This document shows positions 22,753 to 33,819 of a DNA stretch of 39,344 nt, in pieces; position 1 is the stretch's first letter; the number at the start of each line of letters is the position of its first letter. The notes beneath the pieces were generated by a model, which did no database searches, had not been told where the DNA came from, and worked only from the letters and a program-made list of their open reading frames with translations. Source of the stretch: Chiloscyllium plagiosum (Eukaryota); the NCBI RefSeq assembly GCF_004010195.1, contig NC_057720.1, positions 26,134,572 to 26,173,915 of the forward strand, written 5' to 3'. The position numbers were made by a program, and so were the translations under genes.

Positions 22753-23749
22753 CTGGTTATAATACTGCTGAAAGGCTAATTAAACTATACACAACTCTCC
22801 CAAATATACACTCCCTTTCACACTTCAGTACTTGAGGGTTTGAAACATTATGGCTCCAGATAAACAAGTATCATAGGTCTTTCTAGATAACACACTTGCA
22901 CATAGATAAAGATGTTTTTTGGGTTAGATACCATCTGAATGTTATCTGAAGGAAAGCATCCTCTTCTGGGAATGGTGTGATTGATATTTATTGCCATTTA
23001 TAATTTCCAGAGTCTAGAAGCCATGCCACTCAGTGAAAGCTCAGAGCTCTGTTCGGTTGATGCATTTTTTCCAAAGGAAAAGAGTTAACACTGTTGTCCT
23101 TTGTATACAATGCATTTGGCATTTGTTTGATTGATGTATGATCCTTCAGAAGGTCTGATCTGGCAGATGTTTTATCCTATCAACTGGAGGGATCAATTAA
23201 CGTTCAGAGTTTAATGACATGGTGACTTTCAAAACTGGAGGAATAGATATTGTTTGCTGAGATAGTGAAGATAACTTCATCTGAACAGGATTTGGGAGAA
23301 GGCAGTCAGTGAAAAGTGCTGAAATTAGCTTCTGGTCAAGAACCCCTCAGACATGTCTTGACTACCATCTTTCCGTTTGACAGTTTAGCTGAGTGTGAGG
23401 TTCCTTCGTTTGGATAACTGAGCTATCCATTATAATCTGTTAAAAGGTCACTATTAACTGTCTTAACTGAGCTTTCTAAATTTGATTCTGAATACACAAA
23501 TTTCCTGAGCTTCTTGAAACTCCCAGTGAAAGCAAGAAGAGAGGATGGCATAAATAGAGGGATCTCAACCAATGGTGGGTGAAAATTCTCTTAACTACTC
23601 ACTTCTCTTTCATAACTGAAAGGCACTGAGACCATACCTTTGTTACTTTTGGGGTGATTTCCAACTCCTTGAAGACATTTCTACTAACTTGGAGTTCTCT
23701 GATTTTGATTTATATTGGCTATTTTTCATATGTAAGAGCCAGATGAGTA

Positions 23750-24058
23750 TTAGATTACTTACAGTGTGCTAACAGGCCCTTCGGCCCAATAAGTCCACAC
23801 TAACCCTCCGAAGAGCAACCCACCCAGACCCTTTCTCCTAAATTTACCCCTTCACCTAACACTATGGGCAATTTAGCATGGCCAATTTACCTAACCTGCA
23901 CATCTTTGGACTATGGGAGGAAACCAGAGCACCCGGAGGAAACCCACACAGACATGGGAGAAAGTGCAAACTCCACACAGACAGTTGCCCGAAGTGGGAA
24001 TTGAACACGGGTCTCTCTGGCTCTGTGAGGCAGCAGTGCTAACCACTGTGCCACTGTG
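23750..24058 (-). mobile_element. tRNA-derived V-SINE (HE1-like)
   Basis: Full head, core and (TTAGA) tail. Confidence 0.92.
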
Positions 24059-24317
24059 CTTGTTTAGCTTTACAGTGGAGCTCAGTTGAGATAAACAGCA
24101 AAAACAATATATTTCAACATGTACAGAACCGAAAGAATAAGGAATTTAAAAGGAATTATGATAACATTTCAATAAGTCAAGCTGCAAGGAGCCCGCCCAC
24201 AAATTCACATTAAACAAAGCTTCAAGATCACTAAGAATGCCCCTATGCAATCCAATTTTGCCCAAAAATGCACTCCTTGTCAAAAAAAACGAAATGAAGC
24301 AGAATGTGTGAAAATGT

Positions 24318-25530
24318 GGATCTAGGTTTGCTCGCTGAGCTAGTAGGTTCATTGCCAGACGTTTTGTTACCCTACTAGGTAAAACTTCAGTGGGCCACTG
24401 GGCGAAGCACTGTTGATAATTCCTGCTTTCTATTTATATGTTTGGATTTCTTTGGGTTGGCTATGTTATTTCCGGTGGTGACATCATTTCCGGTGGTGAT
24501 GTCATTTCCGGTTCTTTTTCTCAGGGGTTGGTAGATGGAATCTAACGTGATGTGTTTGTTGATAGAGTTCTGGTTGGAATGCCATGCTTCTAGGAATTCT
24601 CGTGAGTGTCTCTGTTTGACTTCTTCTAGGATAGATGTGTTGTCCCAGTCGAAGTGGTGTCCTTCCTCATCTGTATGTAAGGATACCAGTGAGAGAGGAT
24701 CATGTCGTTTTGTGGCTAGCTAATGTTCATGTATCCTGATGGTTAGTTTTCTGCCTGTTTGTCCAATGTAGTGTTTGTTACAGTCCTAGCACAGTATTTT
24801 GTAAATAACATTAGTTTTGCTTATTGTCTATAAAAGGTCTTTCAAGTTCATTAGCTGCTGTTTTAGTGTGTTAGCAGATTTATGGGCTACCATGATGCCA
24901 AGGGGTCTGAGATGTCTTTGATGTAGGGGAGAGTGGCTAGGGTCTAATCACTAAAATGACACTAAAACAGCAGCTAAACTAAAATTAGCAAAACTAATGT
25001 TATTTACAAAATACCATGCAAGGACTGTAACCAATACTACATTGGACAATCAGGCAGAAAACTAGCCACCAAGATACATGAACAAAAACTAGCCACAAAA
25101 TGACATGACCCTCTCTCACTAGTATCCTTACATATAGGTGAGGAATGATATCACTTTGACTGGGACAATACATCCATCCTAGGACAAGCCAAACAGAGAC
25201 AGGCACGAGAATTCCTAGAAGCATGGCACTCCAACCAGAACTCTATCAACAAACACATCACATTAGATCCCATCTACCACCCCTGAGAAAAAGAACAAGA
25301 AATGACATCACCACAGGAAATGATGTCATCATGGGAAATGATATCATCAACCCAAAGAAACCCAAACATATAAATAGAAAGCAGGAATTATCAACTGTAC
25401 TTCGCCCGGAGGCCCACTGAAGATATTACCTAGTAGGATGATGAAATGACTGGCAATGAAACTTCCAGCTCAGCGAGCAAACCTAGATCCAGAACCTTAA
25501 TCTGAGCTACAAATCTTTTCAAAACTCGGA
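24318..25530. mobile_element. Penelope-like element with inverted arms (GIY-YIG on both strands) and 12-bp TSD
   Basis: Right arm reads NVIYKIPCKDCNQYYIGQSGRKL...HFDWDNTSIL...REFLEAWHS. The left arm is its reverse complement. TSD gtgtgaaaaYgt at 24306-24317 and 25531-25542. Confidence 0.92.
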
Positions 25531-26254
25531 GTGTGAAAACGTCTTTGATTTTCAATTCAGACATACTTTCCAACTGCTTGTTCATTTACTGTAAAGACAC
25601 TAAAAATACTGGGAGCTAGCGCTGGAAGAATGCAGAAAACCTTTTCTGCTAAGTCTATTGTCTTCTGATATAATTTGCCATCTCGTCAGTGCAGGCAAAT
25701 ATGTCTGCATGTTGCAGTGCAAGATTCCAGAACATCTCAATGGTTTTAGCTTCAGCTTAGGAAAAAAATGGTGAGTGACCAGATGTTCATCAATTTCTTC
25801 AGGATCTTCAGCTTCCTCAGCCATACGTGGAAGGTTTCACAGAAATTTTGTTGGCAAAATTGTGCCTTGCCCATGATTACATGGTGTACTGTGTCCTAAC
25901 TCTGACCTGATTAGCTAATGTGAAGTTACCATCCAAGGTGACTTATCATAGGCATTCTTTTGTGAGACTTCCTATTCTGTTGATGGGTATAGCTGACAAC
26001 TTTGACACATCTAAATAAAGTTATCATATTTTGACTCATTGAGATTTCACTGTTCTACCAAAGGTAAATTCCTGGAGAAATTAATGGAAAAATGGAGGTG
26101 GTGCTAACCAATGACCACAAAGAAAACTTCCCAAAAATATTCTCTGTAACATGCATTTCTCCTTTCCTGATGTCAGTTTGAATCTAACATAGGGTCAAAG
26201 GGATCACTGAGTCTTGAGCGACCACATATCATCAAACAGGGTAAAGATGCTAAT

Positions 26255-26450
26255 CAGAAACAAAAATAGAAATTGCTAGAGATGCTCAGCAGGTCTGGCA
26301 ACATCTGTGAAGTGAAATCAGAGTTAATGTTTTGTTCTTGCTCTGGGGAAGGGTCACCGGACACAAAACATTAACTCTGATTTCTCTTCACAGATGTTGC
26401 CAGGCCTGCTGAGTTTTTCCAACAATTTGTTTTTGTTTGATTTACAGCAT
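26255..26450. mobile_element. Fold-back short PLE-derived element
   Basis: ctcagcaggtctggcaacatctgtgaagtgaaatcagagttaatg is complementary to cattaactctgatttctcttcacagatgttgccaggcctgctgag. Confidence 0.8.
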
Positions 26451-27233
26451 TTCAGACATTCCAAATATCAGAACCAAGTGTTTTAGAATGTACAAAACTG
26501 TTGAAAATATAAATTATGGGAGAATTTTGCATCCTCAAAAATCAGGTTAACTTTTAAGAGACATAGGCTGTTTGACTGTTATGAGTTTAATAAGCCAATT
26601 TAAAATGTAGGTGAGCCTCAAAAAAACAAAGCATAACTTTTTCAAGAGTTTTTTTTCAGTTAGACTGTTAACATAATGGGACAACTATACCCAACTATAT
26701 TACTACCGCAAAGTATGTTCATGTTAAACCAATAGTGGAAGGTACAAACTTATGATCTGTTTCAATTAGATCAAACAGAAAGGTAAATGGCCACTGACAA
26801 TGCTATACTCTGAATTTAAAGATTGCCACAGCAAGAAATAAACCCTAATAATCTGTTAATGGATCATTGAAGCTTTAGATTGTGCCAGTATAATTTTGTA
26901 AAGTTGGACATATAACAAAATCACATTAACTTTATGATGTATGTTATGGGAAAATTATAGACACACATCATAGCCTTTTCTAGCATGAAGTACTTAATAT
27001 TGTCTGCAGCAGACTGAGTCCATCATTGTTCAGCAAGATCTAATCACCTTAATAAAATTTACACCTTGACTTCTATTCAGATTCATCATCACATCACTAA
27101 CTCCATAAATTAGTTGAAGCTAACTATTGTGTGTGTCATATTGCATAACATTATAGCAACTGTATTCTGGAATACTGTTCTAGATATTTTTCAGTTTCTT
27201 TCTTGTTCTTAAAAGGCTTGTCTTAATCCTTAC

Positions 27234-27394
27234 GCATTTCTATCATTAAGATGGTGAATTGATTACATCTTTCCTCATGTGACAATGTTTTTTGCTCCCA
27301 CCAATATAAAAAAACACATCTTTCTCAAATTAAAAAACTTGCAAACACCCTTATTTTGCCATTTGAATCAATGATTGTCCATTGGAAAACCATG
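27234..27394 (-). pseudogene. Decayed Ig I-set-like exon (second half of domain)
   Basis: Acceptor ttttcatttctag and donor gtaagg. Starts WFSNGQSL, then with frameshifts NKGVCKF and D-V-F-F-Y-I-G-G-(A-K-N), which fits DxGxYxCxAxN spacing. Confidence 0.55.
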
Positions 27395-27949
27395 CTAGAA
27401 ATGAAAATATTTGAAGGACACATTGGAAATCAATCCTTTATTCTTTTTGTGTTAAAGGAAGAAAGGCTGTACCGCCCTAATGTAGTAACCTATATTTGTG
27501 TTCTATATTCAATGTAATACAACATCCAAAGATGTTTTATGTATGCATTTTACAATGAAATATGGCACCAGATCACTTTCAAAAGCTTGACTGAATATTG
27601 TTATATTCAGCGAAACTGCTTTTAATTTTAATAATTTACTATTTTTTCTCCTGATGTGGCCTTGGTCAACAATGTCCAAAATTCAATTCGGACGACAAAT
27701 ACGAGACTGGCCTGTAACCATTGCCTCTGACGTGAGCAGCATATGAACTCAGTGCTGTGCGTTAGTACAAAGTTGAGTAGCTACACACTTGAGCAGGACT
27801 TCCAAGTTTGTGTGCAGGTGGCAAAAAATCCAAGCTAGTCTCTACTTAAGGCCGGCCTGCACGTCTTCAATGGGCGATGCATTCTGACTGAAGAAGATGA
27901 TGGAACAGTTTGCAGCAAAGAATCAGAGCAGGATAAGGATGAAATGACA

Positions 27950-28155
27950 GTGCAACAAGGATTCTCTAAGACTCTGACAGTGCGACTGGTGGTCGCGAGG
28001 AGGAAAGATGCGACCTACCCACATGGTGGGACCTCCAGAAAAATTATGTAAAAGTTGTTGAGTAAGAAACGTACGGTGATCAATACCAGCAGTCAAAACC
28101 AATGGATCTGGGTGTAGTGCCACAAGAATTCTGGCCACTTTGAGCGAGTAATCTG
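27950..28155 (+). mobile_element. Decayed Myb/SANT-like gene of a PIF/Harbinger transposon
   Basis: GFS...RRKDATYPHGG.SR...VINTSS...W.*CHK...ERV resembles the Harbinger Myb/SANT pattern RFS...RRDVLYP...W...VN..S...RTW.QCRKKFNDL.RV. Confidence 0.6.
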
Positions 28156-29142
28156 TAATACAAGATCGACTTGTTGCCATGGCAACTCAAACTGCTCAAA
28201 TAGAAGCTGAGAATGGTATCACTGTGAGTGAGTTTTCAAAAGGCTTTTAGGCTCACAGAATTCCAGAAATCTGCTCTCCAGCAGATCATTATAACACTCA
28301 ATCCCTGAGAATTGCCAACAGTTCTGTGCAGCATGAACCTGCTGCACTGTCTCAGAATGACACATCCCCCACCTCTGCTAATTTCACCAATGACCTTCCT
28401 TTTGCCTGTCAGCTTCCGTACCCAGCTGACTGCAGCCCCTGCTAAAGTGGAACAGTCTGACACTGGCCCTTTCAAGTCAATACTTGTTTGCAGTTAACCT
28501 CCCAACGTCATCTGAAATCTTCATTACTGAATACAAAGTCTTCTACCAGCCATGCTGCAGTTACCTGAGTAGCATTGTGTAGAATGTGAATGAATGATTT
28601 TATTGTCACATGTATATTACAGTCAGAATGATAGCTTTTTCTCTGTCATCATGATTCCACGCCATTTTGAATGGTTTTAAGGATTAGAAACCAAATAGAA
28701 AGACATAGCTTAAGGATCAATCATGTCTGCACCACATTCCCTCCTCCACCACCTCACCGCCATCTACACGAGACCCAACCAATGCTGAAGTCACCACTCT
28801 TCAGGCGCCATCTAACACAACTGGGCCGATTCTCTTCCACTACTGTCTCACCACCACCTGCGACAGTGTTGCATCTCTTGGTGCTGGGCCCACCTCAATG
28901 TTGCTGTGATGCCTTTCTGCCACCACCTCACTGTCTCCAAAACGCACCCAGGCAATGATGAAGTCATCGATCCTCAGGCACCAGCTTTCACTGCTGGCCT
29001 ACCTCACCGTTGCCACCTCTGGAACATAGCAGCTGCTGATTCCGGTGCCAGGTCCCAAGCCCACCCTGGAAAAGTAAGTAAAGGCTCACTTGCCACTGCC
29101 AGTTCTGCTCTGGGCCCACTCGCTTCACCACGAATTCCACGC

Positions 29143-30097
29143 AGGGCCCACTTGCTCCTGTCATGAGCTCCATGCTGGGCCCACTCACCCCTGCCATGAG
29201 CTCCACCCTGGGCCCACTCGCTCCTGCCATGAGCTCCACCCTGGGCCCACTTGCTCCAGCCATGAGCTCCACCCTGAGCCCACTTGCTCCTGCCATGAGC
29301 TCCACCCCAGGCTCACTCACTCCTGCCATGAGCTCCACCCTGCTCCCACTTGCTCCTCCCATGAGCTCGACCCTGGGCCCACTTGCTCCAGCCATGAGCT
29401 CCACCCTGGGCCCACTTGCTCCAGCTATGAGCTCCACCCTGGGCCCACTCTCTCCTGCCATGAGCTCCACCCTAGACCCACTCACTCCTGCCTTGAACTC
29501 CACACTGGGCCCACTCGCTCCTGCTATGAGCTCCACCCTGCGCCCACTCACTCCTGCCATGAGCTCCACCCTGGGCCCACTCGCTTCTGCCATGAGCTCC
29601 ACCCTGGGCCCACTTGCTCCAGCCATGAGCTCCACCCTGGGCCCACTCTCTCCTGCCATGAGCTCCACCCTAGACCCACTTACTCCTGCCTTGAACTCCA
29701 CACTGGGCCCACTTGCTCCAGCCATGAGCTCCACCCTGGGCCCATTCGCTCCTGCCTTGAGCTCCACCCTGGGCCCACTTGCTCCAGCCATGAGCTCCAC
29801 CCTGGGCCCACTCGCTCCTGCCATGAGCTCCACCCTGGGCCCACTTGCTCCTGCCATGAGCTCCACCCCAGGCCCACTCACTCCTGCCATGAGCTCCACC
29901 CTGGGCCCACTCGCTCCTGCCATGAGCTCCACCCTGGGCCCACTTGCTCCTGCCATGAGCTCCACACCAGGCCCACTCGCTCCTGCCATGAGCTCCACCC
30001 TGGCCCCACTTGCTCCTGCCATGAGCTCCACCCTAGGTCCACATGCTCCAGCCATGAGCTCCACCCTGGGCCCACTTGCTCCAGCCATGAGCTCCAC
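29143..30097. repeat. 33-bp minisatellite (consensus GCCATGAGCTCCACCCTGGGCCCACTTGCTCCT), about 29 copies
   Basis: Directly visible array with 11-aa periodicity (AMSSTLGPLAP). Confidence 0.97.
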
Positions 30098-30439
30098 AAT
30101 AGGACAATTCGTAAAGAATTTAAAAGACAGGCAGAAAGAGAATTCAGGGGGATAATTAGTTCACATTTGTGTGCATTATGGAATTTTTAAAATGTATGCA
30201 TATGTTTTGATGAGTCCTTTTCTTGTTTGCGCTTTTAGTTTAGGAGGCCAAGTGTGTGCTTTAATGATCAGTAACAGAAGTTGATGTTCAAGAACATAGC
30301 AATGCAGTTATTGGTATCACAGTTGGATGAGTTCCTCATGAAAAAGTAACTTCAGGATGCCTTGCTCCTTTCTCTTCCCCTTCCTCATCCTCATCCTAAA
30401 TTGGTCACCATATAACAACAACTGATGGCAAGGTCAATG

Positions 30440-30800
30440 TAGGAGCCAGCAGGTCACCATAAATCCTAATGTGCATACTGTAGGACACCTCCAGAGCAAC
30501 CCAGACTGTGCTCAAACTATTGTTCTATTGCACTGAGGCTGGTTTAATTGTTCACTTGCTACTCACATGGATGCTGCAGTTTTGAGTCATGCCATTAAAA
30601 GGTAGCCCTAGGCTTTCAGTAACTGCACTCTACGTTTTCATATTGGTTATGGTATACTGTGCATGCTCACGTTCCAGTTGGATGATGAAAGAGTAGTAAC
30701 CCATCTGGTTGCAGTAGAAAGCTGAGTTGCAGCATCCAGAAAGCAATAATCAAGCAGTCGTTGGCATCAGCCACTATGGGGATGGAGCCATGTGTTCACT
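30440..30800 (-). mobile_element. Decayed PIF/Harbinger (HARBI1-like) DDE transposase
   Basis: In order on the minus strand: FYCNQMGYYSFIIQL (cf. NRKGFHSLNVQL), GYLLMA*L (cf. DKGYPL..WL), IEQ...SGGVLQY (cf. IEQ...SGGALQY). Confidence 0.7.
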
Positions 30801-31859
30801 CTGGCTGCTTCGCTCTTGGACGAGAAACAAATGTATTTAGGTCTCCAGGAATCTGGAATCTTGGCAACTTCTCTTGTGAGGGCAAAAACTGGAAGGTGTT
30901 GCAAACTTCACCTATGCCAGCTTGGGAGGAGACAGAAGAATCAGAACAATATCAGTCGCTTTCACATCCTGTCTTCTTTGGACTTCTCAGAGTTTCTAGC
31001 AGGGGCTGGATATGAATATCTGGCACTCAGTTTCTCACCAAGCTTCATATCACTGTTATCTGGAAACCCTGGGTAGATATGCCCTGCTGTTCACCTTCTC
31101 CCCTTCCTCATGCTCCTTCCAGCAGCTTATCCTGCTGATGTTACCATCCTCAGTCACTTTGTTCTGCTGTACTCCAGAGGAATACATATGACTGTACCCA
31201 TATTTGGGTACAACTACTTTTGCAGTTCTTCAGCACATCCCACACCATTCCATGCAGACTTTCAACTTTAAACCACTTTGGAAAACAGCACCCCTCCACA
31301 ATTGCAATGAAAGCAAGTCAAGATCAATCTGCAACTGGCTTAAAAGTTGCAACTGCAACTGGCTTATTTAAAGAATTGATGATTTCTTTAAATAAGCATG
31401 GATGATTAATCCCTCCTGAACAAATTTCTAGTTGTAAATAAACATGTAAGGGTTAGTGTTAGTTGGACCATTGAATTCTAGATTGGCAACAGTGGTGCCT
31501 ATTGTCAATAATGTTGCATATTGCCTGTTGTCCCAGTGTATCGTCTCCATAAAATGCTGGTGAATACACACTCACCAAAATGGCATCCAGTATAACTCAT
31601 ACCAGAGGTGTACCATGTATCACAATCAATATTTCGGTGACAAAATCATATGTCTGGCACAAAGTGAAGAGGGTCTCCAGAGCCATATTTAGTAAGCTCG
31701 GTCACTTCCCAACATAACCTTCTTGATTTTATCCCCATCACTGTTCTTCTTTAGAGCCTTGACATTTCTCTTCAGAATTATTAAGTAACCATTTTTGTAG
31801 CTCTTCCATCCCAGCCACACAAGGAAAGATTTTGAATTTTACTGTTTGCAAGAAGACCT

Positions 31860-32145
31860 TCTGAAGACCATCCCAACTAGAACCACACCCCGACCCTATT
31901 CCTGTAACTCTGTTTTTCCCATTGCTAATCCACATAGCCCGCATATCCCTGGACACTATGAGCAATTTAACATGACCAATCCACCTAGCCTGCACATCTT
32001 TGGACTGTGGGATGAAACTGGACCACCCAGAGGAAGCCCACGCAGACTTGGAGAGACTATGCGAACTCCGTACAGACAGTCACCTGAGGAATTAAACCTA
32101 TGTCCCTGGAGCTGTGAGGCAGCAGTGCTAACCACTCAGTCACTC
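31860..32145 (-). mobile_element. tRNA-derived V-SINE (HE1-like)
   Basis: ctgcacatctttggactgtggg...gctgtgaggcagcagtgctaaccact. Confidence 0.88.
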
Positions 32146-32336
32146 CATCTAAAGCATATAGCTTCTCCAACTGAGTAGTAGGAAAATGATTGAACAGTAG
32201 GACCTTATGTTCTTTTTACAACAATGTAAACTGTAAGTCCCCAAAGTGTTAGCTTTCCAATCCCCTTTGTCATACCCTATCTGATGCAATATTCAGCATA
32301 CAGGCAAGGATACAAAAAATAGGAAAAATATATTAC

Positions 32337-32477
32337 CTCTTGTACAAGGAGTTGGAAACTGCAAATTTAGACTTTGAGGAGAGTAGATTCAAAGGTAGAA
32401 TTGTGATATTGCTGAGAAAGCTGGAATTTCTAGATCAAACCTTCAGTGATCTTGCAATAGCCCTGTATCCATGACAA
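32337..32477 (-). pseudogene. Decayed spectrin-repeat-like exon (SESTD1-like)
   Basis: 141 bp, phase 0-0, acceptor ctcctttgtag, donor gag|gtaata. Reads LSWIQG...I*KFQLSQQYHNSTFES...V*, compared with recalled SESTD1 VNWLEG...QALQQKHEEIES. Confidence 0.6.
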
Positions 32478-32593
32478 CTACAAAGGAGTAACAGCTCATT
32501 TCTTGTTGTTTAACTGTAAATGCAAAGCCAATTGTCTAACTGCATGCTACAACACCAAAGAATTGGTACATGCTTCAACTGAGCAAGACTCAC

Positions 32594-32698
32594 TGCTGGG
32601 AGCACTTGCTCATAAACTCAGCCCTGTAACACCTACACTGGTGTTGCTCCAGTGCTTCCACAGATCTATTGCAGAGATTTACAATGTCTCACATCTAC
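32594..32698 (-). pseudogene. Decayed exon (SESTD1-like helical region)
   Basis: 105 bp with donor gtgagt and a weak acceptor. Reads VDVRHCKSLQ*IC...V*VLQG*VYEQ with three stops. Confidence 0.4.
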
Positions 32699-32951
32699 CT
32701 CAAAATATTAAATACCCATGAATATAGCTCTGAAGGTGATGCCTTTTCCAAGCACTAATAGATACTGTTAGTGAGCAGGAAGTGGAACAAATGCTTTATT
32801 TCCCAGTAGTCATTTCTCATTTTGACAAACTCATACACACAATGAATTAAAAGGAAACTGTGTAACTCCTGATAGAGTTCTATGCAAAATATGAGCATCA
32901 TTTATTCAGTCTTTACACGTGTGCAAAGACAGCAATGATGATTTGTATCTA

Positions 32952-33451
32952 NNNNNNNNNNNNNNNNNNNNNNNNNNNNNNNNNNNNNNNNNNNNNNNNN
33001 NNNNNNNNNNNNNNNNNNNNNNNNNNNNNNNNNNNNNNNNNNNNNNNNNNNNNNNNNNNNNNNNNNNNNNNNNNNNNNNNNNNNNNNNNNNNNNNNNNNN
33101 NNNNNNNNNNNNNNNNNNNNNNNNNNNNNNNNNNNNNNNNNNNNNNNNNNNNNNNNNNNNNNNNNNNNNNNNNNNNNNNNNNNNNNNNNNNNNNNNNNNN
33201 NNNNNNNNNNNNNNNNNNNNNNNNNNNNNNNNNNNNNNNNNNNNNNNNNNNNNNNNNNNNNNNNNNNNNNNNNNNNNNNNNNNNNNNNNNNNNNNNNNNN
33301 NNNNNNNNNNNNNNNNNNNNNNNNNNNNNNNNNNNNNNNNNNNNNNNNNNNNNNNNNNNNNNNNNNNNNNNNNNNNNNNNNNNNNNNNNNNNNNNNNNNN
33401 NNNNNNNNNNNNNNNNNNNNNNNNNNNNNNNNNNNNNNNNNNNNNNNNNNN
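32952..33451. other. Assembly gap (500 N)
   Basis: Run of N. Confidence 1.
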
Positions 33452-33518
33452 TGTAGCACAACAAGCACATCCACACTTGTTGGAGACAGGTCAGAATCTG
33501 ACGTGATCTTCAAGGTCT
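33452..33518 (-). pseudogene. Decayed SESTD1-like exon running into the gap
   Basis: Acceptor tattactacag. Reads TLKITSDSDLSPTSVDVLVVL, compared with recalled SESTD1 DLNFLPSVDPETVLQ. Confidence 0.5.
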
Positions 33519-33625
33519 CTGTAGTAATACAGTTCATATCATACAATCATTGCAGCAATGCAATAAATTTCACTTTGTTTACTAAACAAGACTATCCAGT
33601 TAACCAGGAAGATGACTAATCTTAC

Positions 33626-33682
33626 CTGTGCTAGATTACTCTAGGCTTCACAGAGCAGCGATGTGGTGACAGTGGGTTCTAG
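33626..33682 (-). pseudogene. Decayed SESTD1-like exon
   Basis: Acceptor gttgtag and consensus donor cag|gtaag. Reads LEPTVTTSLLCEA*, compared with recalled SESTD1 FEKFTKESTSLLDEL. Confidence 0.55.
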
Positions 33683-33819
33683 CTACAACATAGTGATCAA
33701 CAGTGACCTGCATTATTCTTAAATGGTGCTAATTTAGAGTAATCAGATTTCAAACTTTGAGAAAAAAATCAAATCGATAAAAGCAAGCTGGTCATCCAGA
33801 AAATTTCAAGACAAATAGA

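Noticed and set aside
29143..30097. CRISPR-like array
   Set aside because: Units are contiguous with no unique spacers, there are no cas genes, and the context is eukaryotic.
28988..30190. 330-369 aa ORFs as mucin-like or His/Cys-rich genes
   Set aside because: They are open only because the 33-bp unit lacks stops in those frames. No signal peptide or exon context, and they lie within transposon-derived sequence.
27790..31690. Terminal inverted repeats for the Harbinger relic
   Set aside because: No convincing TIR pair found by eye, so the element boundaries are left approximate.
32902..33546. Four long ORFs of 173-214 aa
   Set aside because: Artefacts of the 500-N gap (poly-X).
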